Source of the DNA: Peribolospora baueri
Lineage: Eukaryota
Assembly: GCA_029717555.1 (NCBI GenBank)
Contig: JAMDHS010000057.1
Coordinates: 62,001-126,000 of the forward strand
DNA: 64,000 nt
Direction of reading: 5' to 3'
Within the stretch, counting starts at the first letter, position 1. Each line of letters begins with the position of its first letter. The translations under genes were made by a program, and so were the position numbers. Below are positions 25,680 to 38,400 of this stretch, one piece after another. The notes beneath the pieces are model-generated. The model ran no database searches. It saw only the letters and a list, made by a program, of their open reading frames with translations, and was not told where the DNA came from.

Positions 25680-25902
25680 GTCTCGCAATACGGCAGGACC
25701 CCACGGCGGCGGATGACCGCGCATCTGCTCGTCCATTCCCCTGCTTTCGTCTTGTTTTTCTTTGGCGCCGCCTCCTTTCGTTTTCCTGGCGTTCGCCAGT
25801 CTGGATTACCAGTAGTACGCTCGTCTTCGGATGAGACCGCAAAAGTCAGGTATGATTATCCCCCCAACTCAAGGTTAGCCGACGCGAGGCGAGACGAGAC
25901 GA

Positions 25903-28900
25903 TCAAAGGCCGTCGAGCATCTTGAGCCCTCTCAATTTCTCCATCTCCGCCGCCCTCTCTTCCCTCTCCGCCCGAGTCGAATGCCAAGCGTTAAAGTCGA
26001 GGCGCAAGAGGAGCTGCTCGAGGTGCCGGTGAGCGGCCGAGTTGGCTTCCAGACGAGCTTCGAACGCCCCGTCGTGCTCGTGATTGGCCTGCCGAGACGA
26101 GGGGAGACCCGAGGCACCTCCGCTTCCGCCAAACGCTCCGCTCCGGCTGGCGCCAAGGGGCAGGGTGTATAGCTGCCGAGCACCGCTCGCCATGGCCAAC
26201 GAAGAGATGCCACCGGTCATCGAGCGCGACGCGTCGGCTCCGCCGGCAGGCTCGGACGAAGCGGCGGACAAGAGATCGAAGAGGCTGTCGATCAGACCAT
26301 CGATCCTCTGAGACGTGATTCGGAGAAAAAAAAAAGAAAAAGAAGGGGAAGAGGTCAACGTGTGGGTTCGACACCGGTGGCACAACGCTTCGACACCATC
26401 CCAATCACTGACCTCACTGTACTCCGCGACGACCGCCCCTCGCTCCCGGACCAACTTGCCGACGCCAAAGTCCTTTCTCCGTCTCACCGTCCCCAACCCT
26501 TGGACCTCTTCCTCGATCGTCTCCTCCTCATCGTCGCCCACCCTTAGACTCCCTTCTTCTAGCAGATCGGGAAGCACGTCCCCACCCCATCGCTCGACGA
26601 TGCCGATAAACTGATCGCATGCGCTCAAAAAGTCGAACAGAACAGCCGACGCGGCCGGTGACGAGAGCAACAGTCCGTCCTGGAGGAAGGAGAGGTAGCT
26701 GGCATGCATCTGCTTGAGCGTCGAAAAGTCGACCCTGCCGCTCTCGTCCGCCCATCTCGTCGCCACCGCGGAAGGCTGGGAGCGTGGAGTGCCGGGGTAG
26801 ATGGAGGAGCGCGGGCCTATAGTCAGCGCGTCGGTGGATTGTCGAGGCGCAGCGGTCATCGCGGAGAAGATCCTCGTGGAGTGGACAGAAGTCGTCCTGG
26901 ACGGCGTCGACATAGAAGGGAAGCGAAGGCGCGACGTGCCAACGACCGACGCCGACGCCGCCGCCGTCACGGTCCCACCCGGGGAAGGTACGCGCGAGGA
27001 ATCGACGCCGTCGCGCTCCTCGCTCCGTTGCCGACGTCGAGCAGTCTGTGGAGGATCGATCTGCTCTAGGAGCTTGTTCAGCTGAACGTCTATCACATCC
27101 GTCTGAGAAAAACACGCGCGAGGCCAGGGGCAAAGGCGACGAGTATCAGATGAGGGCCAAGACGGAGGGACGGGCAGGGACAGGCAGCCTATGACGCGAC
27201 TTGACGCACCTGAAAGTGGCCCCACAGAGTGTCGAGCAATCCGAGCATGCTCCTAACCAAACCCCAAGCCTTCCTCAGCAGTCCCGTCCTCTCCTTCTCC
27301 TCTTCCGTCCCGCCCTCGCCCAATCCCGTCCACTTCCTCCGGTTCCGCTGTTTGCTGCTCAAGCTCAGCCACAGCTCTAGGACGCGCGAGTGAGTACGTC
27401 GTATTGCGAAGAGGTAGGAGAAGAAACGCGAGTAGGCGGCCAGAGCTGAGGGCGTGAGGAAGAGGTCCAGAGGAAAGGGCGCGGCGAAATGGAGGTGGAG
27501 AGGCGCTCCAAGAGGGAGAGCGTCGAACCGCTGCCCTTCGGGGAAGAGGCCCTTGAGGCGAACGGCGGCGGCGCCGCGCAGACTCCTATCCCCTCTTGCG
27601 CCTCCAGTTTGGAAAGCTCGAGTACGGACGTCGGCGAGAAAAGGATGAAAGTCACCCTGTGGGAGGTGAAAGCTGAGCCGCTCGAGGGCCGCGTCCTCTT
27701 CGGCCGACGTGCCTACGCTCGCTTGGAGGAGGAGGAGGTTGAGGTCTTGCTCTCGGATGACCGCTGTAGAGCGGATGGCCGAGAGCTTTGTCAGTTTGAG
27801 ACGCTCCAGATGATGGTGGAGGGAGACTGCACCGAACGAGACGACCGGCGTTAGCACAAGTCAGGGAAAAGTGTGTTTTCAGCGGCTAACGTTCAAAACG
27901 ATGGACCTACCGGCGTATTGTCCGTTTCGGAGCAACACAAAGTCGCCAAGCCTTTTTGAATGGGAAAGACGATCGCCGTCCCGAGGGTCAGCGGACGATA
28001 ACGGAGAACAAGAAAAAAAAAAGGAGTCGAGGTGCGATCACTCACGCCCTCAAAGCCTCCACGACCGCCGACTTGGTCAACACGGTCCTCCAGAGCCACT
28101 CGCTCACTTCGGCTCGAATGACCTCGATGGCCTCTGCGAATTCGGTCGTCTGTTGTGGCAAAACTCCGTCCGTTCTGCACTCGACGGAGGAAGGGAGACG
28201 AGAAGTGTGGCCGGTTGAAACGCCGCGGCTGCCCCGGAGGAGCTTGGTATGCGCGGCTGTCATCTCCTCCGGAACGAGGACTCGCGATTTGGCGGAGGAA
28301 GACGGGTGAGCGACGAGTGGGGCGCGGGCTTTGACGGTGGCGATGGTCCGGCCTACGGAGAGGATGGAGGAGGCGGTTTGGGCGGAAATACAGCTGGGGA
28401 GGGCGCTGTGGGCGAAGACATATTGCGGCTCTGTGGTGGTCGTCGATGGTGAAGAAGGGACGGGGAGACGTTTGGCGGCAGCGGAGGAGACGGGGACGAC
28501 GAGTGAAGAAGAGGTCGTCGACGCTTCACCATGGCATATCCAAGCTGTAAAAGTAAAGGCGAAAGGGCGGGCAGACGAGATGGAAATGAGTGCATTCGAA
28601 CACGGCGAAGAAACGGGAATCAACCCACCGACTAGCCGGGCCATCCACGTGTCCTGAGCCGCCTGCGCCAGCTCGCCCATCATCTCTGAGACGGTGAGGA
28701 CGCCGGCCTGAGAGCGCGCGAGGAGCGTGTCGATGAGCTCGCCCGGGGCCCAATCTCTGCGCGACTGCTCCGCCCGGTCGCTTGCGCCGGGGCTAGCCAT
28801 CTGACTGGTGGGCGTCGTCGTCGTCGAGCTATCAAGCTCCGGACCACGCTCGAGGTCAGATACCAAGTCAGAGAGAGCGGTGAGTGGAGCGTCCCACGGA

Positions 28901-29508
28901 GAGATAGCAGCCAAGACGCTGGCGAGGGAGACGCGGTTCGCGTCGGCTGCCCTGGGAGCGCCTGCGTCGTCGTCATCCTGGCCGCCGCCGACCGTATGTG
29001 GTCCGCCCACGATAGACGGATCTCGGGAGAGCACGCGGCGCTCAAAGTCGAGGAGAAGGCTCTCGTATCCGGAGAGGAGGACGAGGAGGCGGTGTGAGAG
29101 GGCGGCGAGGTAGAGGAACGGCACGCGAGCCCTCCTCCTGGGCGGCGGGGCGTGCTGGCTGCCTTCTTGAGCGAGGTCGCCGGGACGGTGTCCGACATCG
29201 GCAGCTTTTCCCTTGCCCGCCGCGGTCGGCCTCGTCCGCTGCCTCGATCCAAAGTCGAGACTGGCGGCGATGGCGTCTCTCCTGCTGTCTTCTGCGAACC
29301 GTTTCACCCTCGCATAGCGGGAAGCGATGGAGGCGATCTTCTCGAGCACGTCGACCTCGCCCGGGTGCAGATAAGGGCGAAAGGAGGGAGAGACGGTGAG
29401 AGGGGGTATATCTGCGGAAGGAGACGAGGCGACGGACGAGGTGGAGGGGGCAGGGATGAAGATGGAAGACGGGTGTCCGGAGAGGAGGAGGAGGACTTCG
29501 GAGAGCAT
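25903..29508 (-). CDS. GCP4: Gamma-tubulin complex component, Spc97/Spc98 family (GCP4-like)
   Basis: N-terminus MLSEVLLLLSGHPSSIF and YLHPGE, as in GCP4. Later LGDFVLLRNGQYA, PFPLDLFLTP..YSRFFSYLFAIRR, HFQTDVIDVQ, LKQMHASYL and HLEQLLLRLDFNAW. Confidence 0.9.
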
Positions 29509-30092
29509 GCTGGGCAGGCAGGCGTCGTCGACGTGTTGCGATGGCAAAATGGACGGAGCGTCCGTCGTGGGAATCCAACCGGCCCGCGGAAGACGTTGAG
29601 CCCGTCGAGGTCGTCGTCGTCGTCGCTTGTCGCTCGCTGTCGTCGTCGTCGTCGACGTTCGTTTATAAAGCATGCCCCAGCCAACACCGTCAATGTCGGC
29701 CGCCTTGCCGCAGCGAGCACGCGCCGTTACGCGTAGATGAAGTGGACGGACGGCCGAGGGAGGAAGAGACATGGGGGATCTATCTTCTTTTGCATTTTCG
29801 ACATGGAGGCGGGCATCACAAGGGCTCAAAGCCATACGGCGACGAAGGACGAGTATGCCAAGGCGATAGGATAGAACTTCGCGGCGCGGTCAAAGGTTTC
29901 TAGAGAAAGCGTGTCCTGCTGCTAGGCAGGCGGCGAGGCCTCGGAAGGTATCTTTGATTGACGGGCGGTGGGTGGGACGGGAGAGGGATATGCTATGCAC
30001 AGGGAGTTAAGGAGGAATGCGATTTTGCCTGGGAGGGAAACCTGGAGGACGAGGGGATCCGCCCCAGTTGGCCGCCGGGCCGGCTGGAGAGG

Positions 30093-32217
30093 CTAGGTGG
30101 GGAAAGTGGGAAATACGGGGTTGAAGATGGGTAATGGGTGGGCCTGGACGAGGGAGCGAAAGCAAGGGCGATATCGCTCAGCACAAACGACGAAACCGGA
30201 CGGGACTGGAACTGAAGCGAAGGGAGACGCACCTCGGTATTGAAGACGTACTTGTCGAGCGGCAGCTCGGTCTGATCGGAGAAGAGCAAGTAGAGATACT
30301 TGAGGGTTTCACTCTGTGCCGAGCGGCGGCGGGGATGGAGTGGGCGGTTCGGTCAGGTTGAAAAAACGGAGCGAGCGAAAGAAGGAAGGAAGGAAAGGTG
30401 CGGCGACTCACGAGCCAGAACGTCTCCATCCGATCCTCCTTTTGGGCCGGGAGCTCGTTGACGTCTCTCACGCTCGCGTATCCGCCCGTCTCGACCTTGC
30501 AGTGCTTTTCGATGGCCTCAAAGATGGCCCAGCCCCAGCGGCGGTAGACGGGATCGCCGGAGAGGTGGAACGCTATGAAGAGCGATTCCACCGTCTCCGG
30601 GCGGAGGATGTATCTGGCGTCGATGAGAGGCACTGCGTTGCGAGATGTGTCTCTAAAAAAACGGCGGGCGGTTCGGTTCAATTCGAAATTGTGCTCGGAT
30701 GCCGGTGGGCTTATGGATCGGACTCGGACTCACTTTTTGACGTACCAGTCCTTGTTGGCCACGTCGGCCTGATCGAGGGTGTAAAAGTGGACGATTTCGG
30801 CGCCGAGGCCGGTCTTAGTCTGGAGGTAGGTGTCGACGCAGGTGCGCGTGAGCTCGTGTCCGATCACCCAGTCCTCGCTGTCTGCGGGGTTGCGGAACCT
30901 GGAGGGGAGGGGCGGACGCGGGGGCTGGCCGTCGGTGGCGCCGAGCATGAAGGAGCCGCCTATGAAGCAGACGAGGTGGTCTTGCTGGGGGGGGCAAAAG
31001 GAAGGTGTCGGCGGAAGCGTGATCGGCGGAAAAGACAAGGAGCGTCACTCGCCTTGGGCACGAGCTGCATGGTCATCTGGCCGGTAGGCGCGTATCGGCG
31101 GGGCTGAAGCTCGGCGGTGTACACGAGCTGGTTCTTGCCCGACACCTTGACGAGGTGCTTCTTGATGCCGTTGGCCGCCTCGTCGTACATCTCGCGATAG
31201 ACCGGTTCGGAGCGGCTGGGGGGGCGTTGAAGAAGGACAAGGAGACGCAGAACGACAAGGAGACGGAGAAAGAGAAGACGGAGAAAGACAAGAAGAGGAG
31301 AAAGACAGGAAGACGCAGAAAGACAAGAAGCAAGAAGATGCAGAAAAACAAGAAGACGGTGCGAGATACGTCGGGTCGGTAACGCCGGGTCGGCAGAAGG
31401 TTTCGGTCGATAAGGAAGAAAAGAAGCTCACTTTGTCTGGAGCCACTGCTTGAGGAGGTATTCGTAATAAGAATCGCCTCTCGAGCCGAGTCGGATGTCG
31501 GCAAAGAAGAACTGGCCGTTCTCGGTCCTGTCCCACCCACGTGTGCAAAGAAAAGAAAAGAAAAGCTAAGCGGGTTGCGGCTCGCGACCGGGCACGTCTA
31601 GTCTGTCTGGTGTACCTCGGCGACGTCCGAAAGGGCCGACTCACGACAAGAAGATGGGCACCAAGCCGTCTGTCTTGCGCGCCTTCCTGACGACCTGCAT
31701 GACCTGCGACGGGACGGGAGGAAGGTGAGGAAAGAAGAAGGGATGACGACGACGACGACAACAAGAACAAGCAAAACAACTTACCCTCTCCGCCTTTTCC
31801 CAATACTCATAGTTGCCGGTTAGGTGAGCGAGATATTTGAACCTGAGAGCACGCGATGGACGCAGAATGACTCAGAAGGACTCAGACGGTATGGGATGGA
31901 CTCGGACAGACTCACTCCAATTGCAACGTCGCCGCCTCAGCCACGCTAGCAAAACTATGATTATCAGGATCAGGGTATCCCTTTCTCTCGTGCGGGTCGA
32001 AGAGGGAGTAGGGTATGCCTGTGGGGGTGTCAAAGATGGGGACTAGGCGGTCGGCCAGGTCGGTGGCGAGGTTTAGGTAGAGGGGGTCGTTGGCGGAGAG
32101 GTGATAGGCGGAGAGGAGGCCGCCGAGGAGGCGGATCGTGGTCTGGGAGGGGGGAAGAGGTTGGTGAGAAGAGAGGGAGAGGGAGAGAAAGTCGGTGAGA
32201 AGAGACAGAGAAAGAGT

Positions 32218-32269
<52 letters not shown>

Positions 32270-33101
32270 GAGAGAGAGGAAGAGAGAGTAGATACAGAGA
32301 GAGTAAGAGTAAGAAAGAGAAAGAGAAAGGAAGGACGCAGACGCACCTCAAACGAATTAAACTTCCCCCTCCTATCAAAGCTCAAATTCTCGCTAACCCA
32401 CTCCCTCGCCCTCTCATACTCCTCCCTCAACCCCATAAGAAGAAGAGTATCGAGTGCGTCGACGATGGTGTAGCCGACAGCCCCTCCGTCGGTGAGGTTG
32501 GAGCCGGTGCGCGAGATGGGATGGTATTCGTCTGAGCCGAATGCGTCGCGGGCGTAGGCTGACCAGGAGAACTGGATGGGCGGGGACTATCGATGTCAAC
32601 GTTGGCGTTCGGGCGGGTTCTTGACCGACGCTTGTTCACGCCCGCTCACCTTGAAGGCATCCCTGATAGCCTCTCTCTTCTCCTCGTCCGCCGAAAAATC
32701 AACGTGGGCGGCACCGAGGAGCGTGGGTTTGGGGAGTATGTACGTCCTCTTCCCGCCGTCGTCTGCTCCTGCTCCTTCTCGCTCCGGCCGGCCCGGCGAC
32801 CAACGACGGCTTCGACGGGCAAAGTAGACGGAGACGAGGATGTAGACGATGCAGGCGGCGGAGAGGGAGAAGAAGAGGAGGCGGAGGGCCTGGCGGAAGC
32901 GAGACTGGGTTAGGCGGCCCCATCATCGTCGTCGGTCAGTCGATGGGATCGGCGAGGAGGTTGGAGACGGCGACTCACCCTGTCCTTGACCTTGACCTTG
33001 TCCTTGTCCTTGTCTTTGTCTTTGTCTTTGTACCACCTGGCGTTGCTAGAAGACAGCGGTCCAACCGTACCGTCTCTGGGGGCCCTCTTCCTGGGCGGCA
33101 T
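30093..33101 (-). CDS. MNS1: GH47 mannosyl-oligosaccharide alpha-1,2-mannosidase, type II membrane protein
   Basis: N-terminal TM segment LLFFSLSAACIVYILVSVYF, then FETTIRLLGGLLSAY, SVAEAATLQLE, LGSRGDSYYEYLLKQWLQ, KQDHLVCF, YILRPETVES and METFWLSETLKYLYLLF..VFNTEAHPLP. Confidence 0.95.
32216..32302. repeat. Imperfect (GA)n/(CT)n microsatellite in an MNS1 intron
   Basis: Long, interrupted GAGAGA run seen directly. Confidence 0.9.
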
Positions 33102-33700
33102 TGTGGTTGTCGTTGACAGTCAGTGTATGGTGTGATGTGATATGTGATGGACGACCCAACCATCTATCTGTCTATCTATCTATCTAACTACCCCCTCTTC
33201 CATCCCCGTTTCTTCTTGGCTCAGCTGGACGACTGCGGTGCGATCGTGCTCGACGCGGTCGGTCGACGACGTCACAGCCCCAAGTCGCCGTCTAAGCGAG
33301 CGCAGGTAGCAGACAGCATCAGAGGCAGACGTCGTGGCAAAGGCAAACGTCGTGGAGGACTCGGCCGGCCTTGCTTGCAACGATGCCGGCGAACGCAAAA
33401 AAAAAGAACGACAAAGGACGAGCGACGAACGATGGAGCGCTGGACGTGTGGTGCTGTAGCGTACATGGACTTGCTCCTCTGCCTCCTTGTGTATTCGTGT
33501 CTATCTGTGTCTATCTATGTCTGTCTGTCTATGTCTGTCTCTCTCAACCCCTCCGACATCACCGCCCGCTTGCTCTCTCTTAGCCGCCATCACGCCATCC
33601 ATCGTCTTCCTCTGCCTCCGCGTCCGGCCGATTCGCCTCCGCCGTGCGAGGTCGTACAGAGAAATGGAAGGCCGGCGAACGATGAGAGAAGGAAAGAAAT

Positions 33701-33736
33701 AAATAGAAATAGAAATAGAAATAGAAATAGAAATAG
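33701..33736. repeat. (AAATAG)6 microsatellite in the MNS1-TRX divergent promoter
   Basis: Six perfect hexamer copies. Confidence 0.9.
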
Positions 33737-33917
33737 AAACTCGGATCACATCTTATCTCCCCTCCACCATCATCCTAACCCATCGACACGTTCTGTCGCC
33801 CGCCCCGCTGATCGCCGCACGTATACATACACCCACACCCACACACCTTCTCTTCTCTTCTCCACAACCACCCACCAACACAAGTCCTCGCCACCCACAC
33901 TCGCCTAAGCCTCCATC

Positions 33918-34782
33918 ATGGCCCCCACTCGTGCGTCTCTTTCCCTCGCCGTCGCCCAGATCGGTAGACACGCCAGGCCTGCTCACACCGCCGCTCTCTC
34001 TCCTCCCTTCCGCACAGCCATCACTAACGTCGACCAGTTCAAGAAGATCGTCAGTCCCTTCCTCTGCCTTCCTTTCGTCCTCCTCCGCTCGCTCGCTCAC
34101 CTCCTCCTTCTCCCACCCTCTCCTCTCCCTTTCGCAGGTCGAGGGCAGCAAGGTGACGTCCCCGCCCGCCCTTGCTAGCCGGCGTTCACGTCCCTCTGTA
34201 TCGCTCACATTGCCTTTTTCCCCTTTTTGCACGCGCAATCCTCCAGCCCGTCGTCATCGACTTCTGTAAGATCCCCTCACTTCTTCGTCTCCCCTTATGG
34301 CTGCTCACGCTCCTATTTTTCGTTCCCTCCTACCCAAAAAGGGGCAACCTGGTGCGGCCCGTGCAAGATGATCTCTCCCGTGTTCCACAAGCTCTCCGAG
34401 CAGTTTGGCGACCAGATCGGCTTTTACAGTGTCGATGTCGACCAGGTTTGTCGTTTTCTTTCTTTCTTTTTTTTTTCCGTTTCTCCTTACCCTTAGCCTT
34501 CCCTCGTCCCCCCGACAGGCCACCGACGTCGCAGAGTTGTGCGGCATCCGCGCCATGCCCACCTTCATCTTCTTCAAGGACGACAACAAGATCGGCTCTG
34601 TTCAAGGTGCCGACCCGGCCAAGCTCGAGGTGCGTTTGAATTCATCCTTTGACGTCTCTTCTCCCATCCACTGATTCATTCATTCATTCATTCATTCATT
34701 ATTTTATCTTTTTATCTTTTTATCTTTCTTTCTTTTCTTCTTTCTCCAGGCCGAAATCAAGAAGGTTGCCTCGCTCGCCTGA
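33918..34782 (+). CDS. TRX1: Thioredoxin (cytosolic type), 7 exons
   Basis: Spliced [82 protein letters not shown], with a WCGPC active site. Confidence 0.96.
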
Positions 34783-35481
34783 ATCCCACCTCCTCCCATC
34801 CCATCCCATCCCACCCGTCGTTGTCGTCGCTCGTCTTCCTCTTTCGCTTCCTTTCCTTTCCTTCCGCACCGTACCGCACCGTACCGTATGGGTACTGGAT
34901 CGGTGCTTGAACAGCGGCAAAGAAGAAATAAAGAAAAACCATGACTTGTTCCTTCTCGTCTTGTTTCGTTTCGTTCGTTTCTGTGCACCACACGCTTCGC
35001 TTCGCTTCGCAGATGGGTTCGGAAACATGAAAACACTATTACACCATTCCCGTCCCATCCGTCCGTTATGTTCTGTTCGCCGCAGAATGTAAAGCCTAGG
35101 TTTGGCCTAGCCAGAGCGCCGGCAGGGAGCACCGGAAAGAAGAAAGGAAGGAGAGAGATGAACGGCCCGGCCCGGGGGAGGGGAGGGGAGGGGGTAAGTG
35201 GAGCCATGAATGGATCATGGACGAGGAGGAAAATAGACGTGACGTGATGAGACGAGACGAAGAGATGTAAATTGTTCCCCAACAAAAAAAAAGCGACAAA
35301 TCGGCTCGACGTGACACGTTGAAGCGGGAGGGAATGTGTGTATGAATACAGAGAGAACGAAGACGACCAATGTGAAGAAGAAAAACAAAAACAAAAGCAG
35401 AATGGCAAGGACGTCCGCAGAACGCGAACCGAATCGAATCCACCTTCCAACCATCCTCGATCGCCCCTCCCCCCCAGTCCG

Positions 35482-38400
35482 TCAAGAAAGCCGCCTCCGA
35501 CTCGGCGAATGTGCCCCTGGCTCCGGCCGAACTTCTCCTTGGAGCCGCTCCAAGTCGGGATGCCGCTGCGCCACCGTCACCTGTTTCGAAAGCCTGGCCG
35601 ACTTGCGTTCCTCTTCCTTTGTGCGCGCCGACGACGGCGACGAAGAAGAAGAAGAAGACGACGATGGGTGAAGCATGCGCGAGAGGAAGCTCGGCTTGCG
35701 TGCCGGCGTGCTCGAACCAGTTTTGCTTTTGCTCTTTGCCGCCGCCGCCGGCGCCCCGAGCAGGCTGTGCGATCGCGTTGGCGTGGTGCCGCCTCTCCCC
35801 GCCATAGGCACTGCAACGGTGGACGAGACGGCGAGCGAACTCGGACGCGCGCCCAAGCCGTGGATGCCACTATGGACCAGTGCTGAATGGCCCGTCCCCG
35901 TCCCGTCCGTCGTCGCCAGCCGCTGCTGTCGGTGCGGCAGAGGGCCCGGACGAGGACCGTGGTCATCAGCGCTAGCCGCAGACCTTTCCCCAAGTTGAGC
36001 AGACGACGTGCGCGCCGCCGAAGGGAACCCCGGCGCTCCCCGAGCCGCCGGACCGTTAACAGCCGACGCCTGCGACGGCAAAGACGTCGGAGAAAAGCCC
36101 ATTCTCGGCGGCCCGTGGAACGGAGGGGGTATGGCACCCGCGTTGGGAGGAGGGCCAGCCATCCCCATGCTGGGGCCCAGCGGCGCACCCGGGGCTGAGG
36201 CTGGGACCGAGGCCAGAGCCGGCGGCGGCGGTGCACCCGCCGTGGAAGGCGGCTGCACAGGACTACTGACGCCTGCAGCTCGCGCGGCCTGCGCCATGAA
36301 CTGGAAGTATTGCTCGCTCGCTATCTTCATTGCATGCTGATGCTGCATATGGAGCGTCGTCTGCTCTGCTTGCGACAGACTGGCCCAATACGACGGGTCC
36401 ATCCCGGGAGGCGGCATGGTCGTAGGCGGCAGCGGCGGGAGCCAGCCAGAAGACGCCACTTGACTCGCGGCCATCAAGCTCGCCTGGAAGCTCGCCTGTG
36501 CTTGCATCTGAGCCTGCGCCGCAGCGATGGCCGCCGCATTCTGCGCGTGGAAAGACATGGCCGCCGCGTACTTGTCCTTTATCGACGTTTGCGAGCCCAT
36601 CCGACTCATCGAACTGCCATGGCCAGCGTCTGAACCGGGCGGCGAGATGATCGAGCCGGGACGCCGGGTGGACGGGTGCTGGCTTTCCGATCCTCGACCG
36701 GCTTTCGTTGAGCAAATCGAGCCATGTTCGCTACGACCTTGCACGGACGGGTCCGTCTCGCTCCACTCGCGGCTCTGTTGTTGGCCCTTGACGGCACTCT
36801 TCGAAGAGTCCTCTTTAGTCTCCCTCGTACCGGACTGTATACCCGCACTGGCGTCGTCCCTCGTGCTCCCACCGCTCTCCGCTGTGTGGCCGTCGCTCGA
36901 GGCGCCGCTCTCCAAGGGACTCAGCTTGCCCGCCATGAGCGCTGCCGGGTTCTGCACCTTCTGCGGGACGGGCGCGATAATGTTCGGCGGGGACTGAGTG
37001 CTGTACTGCGGATACGGCGAAGTTTCCTGGCCTCGGTCGCCCTCTTGGGCGATCTGACCAGCGGAGGTGGGAATGGCCTGAACGACTGGGTGCAAGTCGC
37101 TCATGGACGTGTCAACCCTCAGCTCCGGTGGGGATGGTGCCCCTGACAAAATCGACCTCCTCTTCTTGCTCGGCGCAGATAGCACGCCGTCGCCCGATGT
37201 CCCGGCCAGCTCCTCCGCGGTGTCGCCGTCGATCGATAACAAAGTGCCAACGTCGGAACTCGCTCGGTTCGGCCGCGAGAAATTGTTGATAGTGCTCATT
37301 GTCGTACTTCGAACACTCAGCGCCCTACGCGAAGTGATGATGGGCGGATCGGGCAGCATCGGCGAAGGCATGAAAGTCGGAGAAGATTCGGACCCTTCCG
37401 CAGTGTCTTCCGCAGAGCCTTTCCGCCGTTCATCGTCCTCCGGCTCCGGCCCCTCTGCAGACGGGCGTCGGCCCGCTTCGTGGACCACATCCGTGCCTTT
37501 GGATGCTGGCCCAATCTCGCCACGTCGATACGCCAAAATGTCGCCTTCGTCCATCGACGCTCTCACCGGCCTCGTCCCGTCGGCAGTGACCGGTGGCGGC
37601 ACGGACTCCTCGAACGCCTGCAGCGGTGGATCGCCCGTCTCAGGTGCTGTGGCCTCGCGGAACGGCGTGAGAGGCTCGGCGGCAGTCGGCAAAGGTTCCT
37701 CCTGTGATGTATAACCCGCTTCTGAACCGTCCTCCTTCTGATGGGACCCGGTCGGGCTGGCGGACCTCGGCGTGAGCAGGGCCGACATGACGGAGGCGCC
37801 AAGGTGATCCGAGGTGGAAGAAGCCCTCGCGTCAAGTGGGCCGACCTGCGTGGTATCGCTTTCCGGCGCCACCGCTGCCGGGGCTTCTCCGTCAGCGTCT
37901 TCGACCGTCGTTTTCGGCGATGGCACGGATATCGAAAGTCTCCGCGGCTCGTCCACCTCGGCCTCGGATGGCTTCGTATCTGCCACCCCGCCAGGCTCTG
38001 CGGGCGATTCGGGTTCGGAAGAGCGGAGTTCTAAGGCCGCAGAGTCATCCGGATTTTTCATCTCGTCGTCCAAAGGACTTTGAGACTTACCGCCTTCCAA
38101 GCCGCGCTTGAGCAGTTCGAACAGGGGTACCTCGTCATCAGAGGCATCCTCTGCTGGTCCTTGAGCGTCCGTGTCGTGTGGCCGTTTATCGCGAACTTGC
38201 GTGGTGTCATCGAGCTCGGGTCCTTCAGTCTGACCTTCCGTCCGCTCGGCCACCGGGGTGGAAGGTTGGCTGAACTCGCCCCAACCGCGACCGCGCATGC
38301 CGCCGCTAGCTGCACTCCCGACGCTCGCCACCGACGCCCGCTTATTCTCCGACGACGGAGTATCGACGGACAAGGAGCCGTAGCCGACCGCGCTGTCTGA

